Source of the DNA: Paramecium tetraurelia
Taxonomy: Eukaryota
Direction: 5' to 3'
NCBI GenBank assembly: GCA_000165425.1
Contig: CT868263.1
Span: 186,001-250,000 of the forward strand
Length of the DNA stretch: 64,000 nucleotides
Under the pieces are notes generated by a model. It made no database searches. It was given only the letters and a program-made list of their open reading frames with translations, and had not been told where the DNA came from. The stretch's first letter is position 1. Every line of letters starts with the position of its first letter. Shown piece after piece: positions 62,790 to 64,000 of the stretch. A program made the position numbers and the translations under genes.

Positions 62790-64000
62790 TCATTCCATTT
62801 TTAATTCTGGAATATATTCATCAGGATTGATAGGCAATGGAACTGATCTCTTGTATCCCTTGAGTAACTCTTTGAGTTTATCAATACGTTGGGCCAGATC
62901 TTCCACAATGTCTCTGGGCGAAAGATCTTCTTGTTTCAGTAGATGATGCAATTTGACTATCAAGAAGCCTCCACAAGGGGAAGTGAGACAGTCATGCAAT
63001 CTATCCATGATATCCACATCTTTTTGGGCCTATTCGTAGATGGCATCAACTATTCCATTGATAAGATTGGTGGCATAAATGTCATCCACTCTTTCATCAT
63101 CGAAATATCGTTTAGCCTTCAACCTATCCAAATACTTAAGTGTCTAATTAGGAACCACGTCATTCATGTAAAATGACTCCATAAACTCTTTAGTTGAAGG
63201 TTGGGTATACAAGGCTTCAATGGTTTTTTCAGTTGTATACAATCGTAATTTAATTTTGTTCGGGAAATTCCTTCGTTCAGGTCTGTCAATTTTAATGGAG
63301 TAGATGATTTCTGGCATAGCAATCCTGTTCACATAGATGAAATAAGCTGGTATTTTAGAACGTTGTTTCCAGAAGTTGATTTCCAAACTGTATTTGTATT
63401 CTCTGTTCTGTTTTCTCTTTTTTCGTTGATGGATATGTTCTGATTTGACTTTGTATAGATCATTCTTCTATTACTCAAATATTTCTGGGTCTCTCATGCA
63501 ATCCATCAATTTAATAAGTATTTAGTATGTTTCCTTTATGACATCATTACAAACTACTTTCTTCCTCTCTTTCTCATCCAGCAATAATCTCAATTGCTCT
63601 ATGAATTCAATCACACAGGGATCTTGCAGTATCACTTGGACTCTCTCTTTCATAAAAGCTATGTATTCTAGTGTCATTTCCAGCACTGCCTAAATTACTT
63701 TGGGTTGAGATAGCATCTACAACCACTATCGTTCTACTAATTATTAGAGTATTTCCTCCAAAATAAAATCAAAAGTCTATTAACTTGTATTTTGATCAAG
63801 TTAATATTGGTAATTGATATCGATACCCAAATTCATTAAGACTTCCTCACTCACCAATTAACAATAGAACTTTTTGTTCGGTGTTATAGTTAGGTCAACC
63901 ACTTCATGGGTGGATCTGGATTTCCTACTGATATTCAAAGCATAAATCAATTCTGGCAAAGGAGTCTTCTGTTATAGATAGAATGTCAATAGTTGTCTGC
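62790..64000 (-). CDS. hypothetical protein, 3' part (5' end beyond window)
   Basis: Continuous code-6 frame joining the ORF-track fragments 63144..63386 and 62790..63017, ends EYIPELKME-TGA. Confidence 0.8.

Overview
AT-rich, gene-dense eukaryotic DNA that reads cleanly only with the ciliate nuclear code (TAA/TAG = Gln, TGA = only stop) and is interrupted by ~20-31 nt GT..AG introns. This combination, plus epiplasmin, trichocyst matrix protein, ICL-type centrin and SF-assemblin genes, points to a Paramecium (probably P. aurelia group) macronuclear chromosome segment. The supplied standard-code ORF track is largely misleading. By hand translation I support about 45 protein-coding genes: tandem GYG K+ channels, epiplasmin, a 7TM GPCR-like protein, ChrA chromate transporter, amidase, hybrid histidine kinase, CAP protein, cyclin, H-lectin/crystallin secreted protein, three Ser/Thr kinases, FHA-RINGv ligase, DSP, SF-assemblin, IDH3 regulatory subunit, EZL (CXC-SET), a CBM20 pseudophosphatase, TMP, centrin, kinesin, USP, a VHS/alpha-ear adaptor, ATPTT6, an RNASEK-like protein, Sec14, AMMECR1, a SAP30-like protein and several hypotheticals. 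A few intervals look like decayed genes. I found no rRNA, tRNA, transposon or CRISPR. The most notable items are a GGA-like adaptor carrying an AP-2 alpha ear, a laforin-like pseudophosphatase, a candidate V-ATPase subunit f, a cyclin-E-like protein, and head-to-head gene pairs whose ATGs are only 6 and 11 nt apart. All family calls come from motif recognition without database searches, and gene ends and introns were placed by hand.
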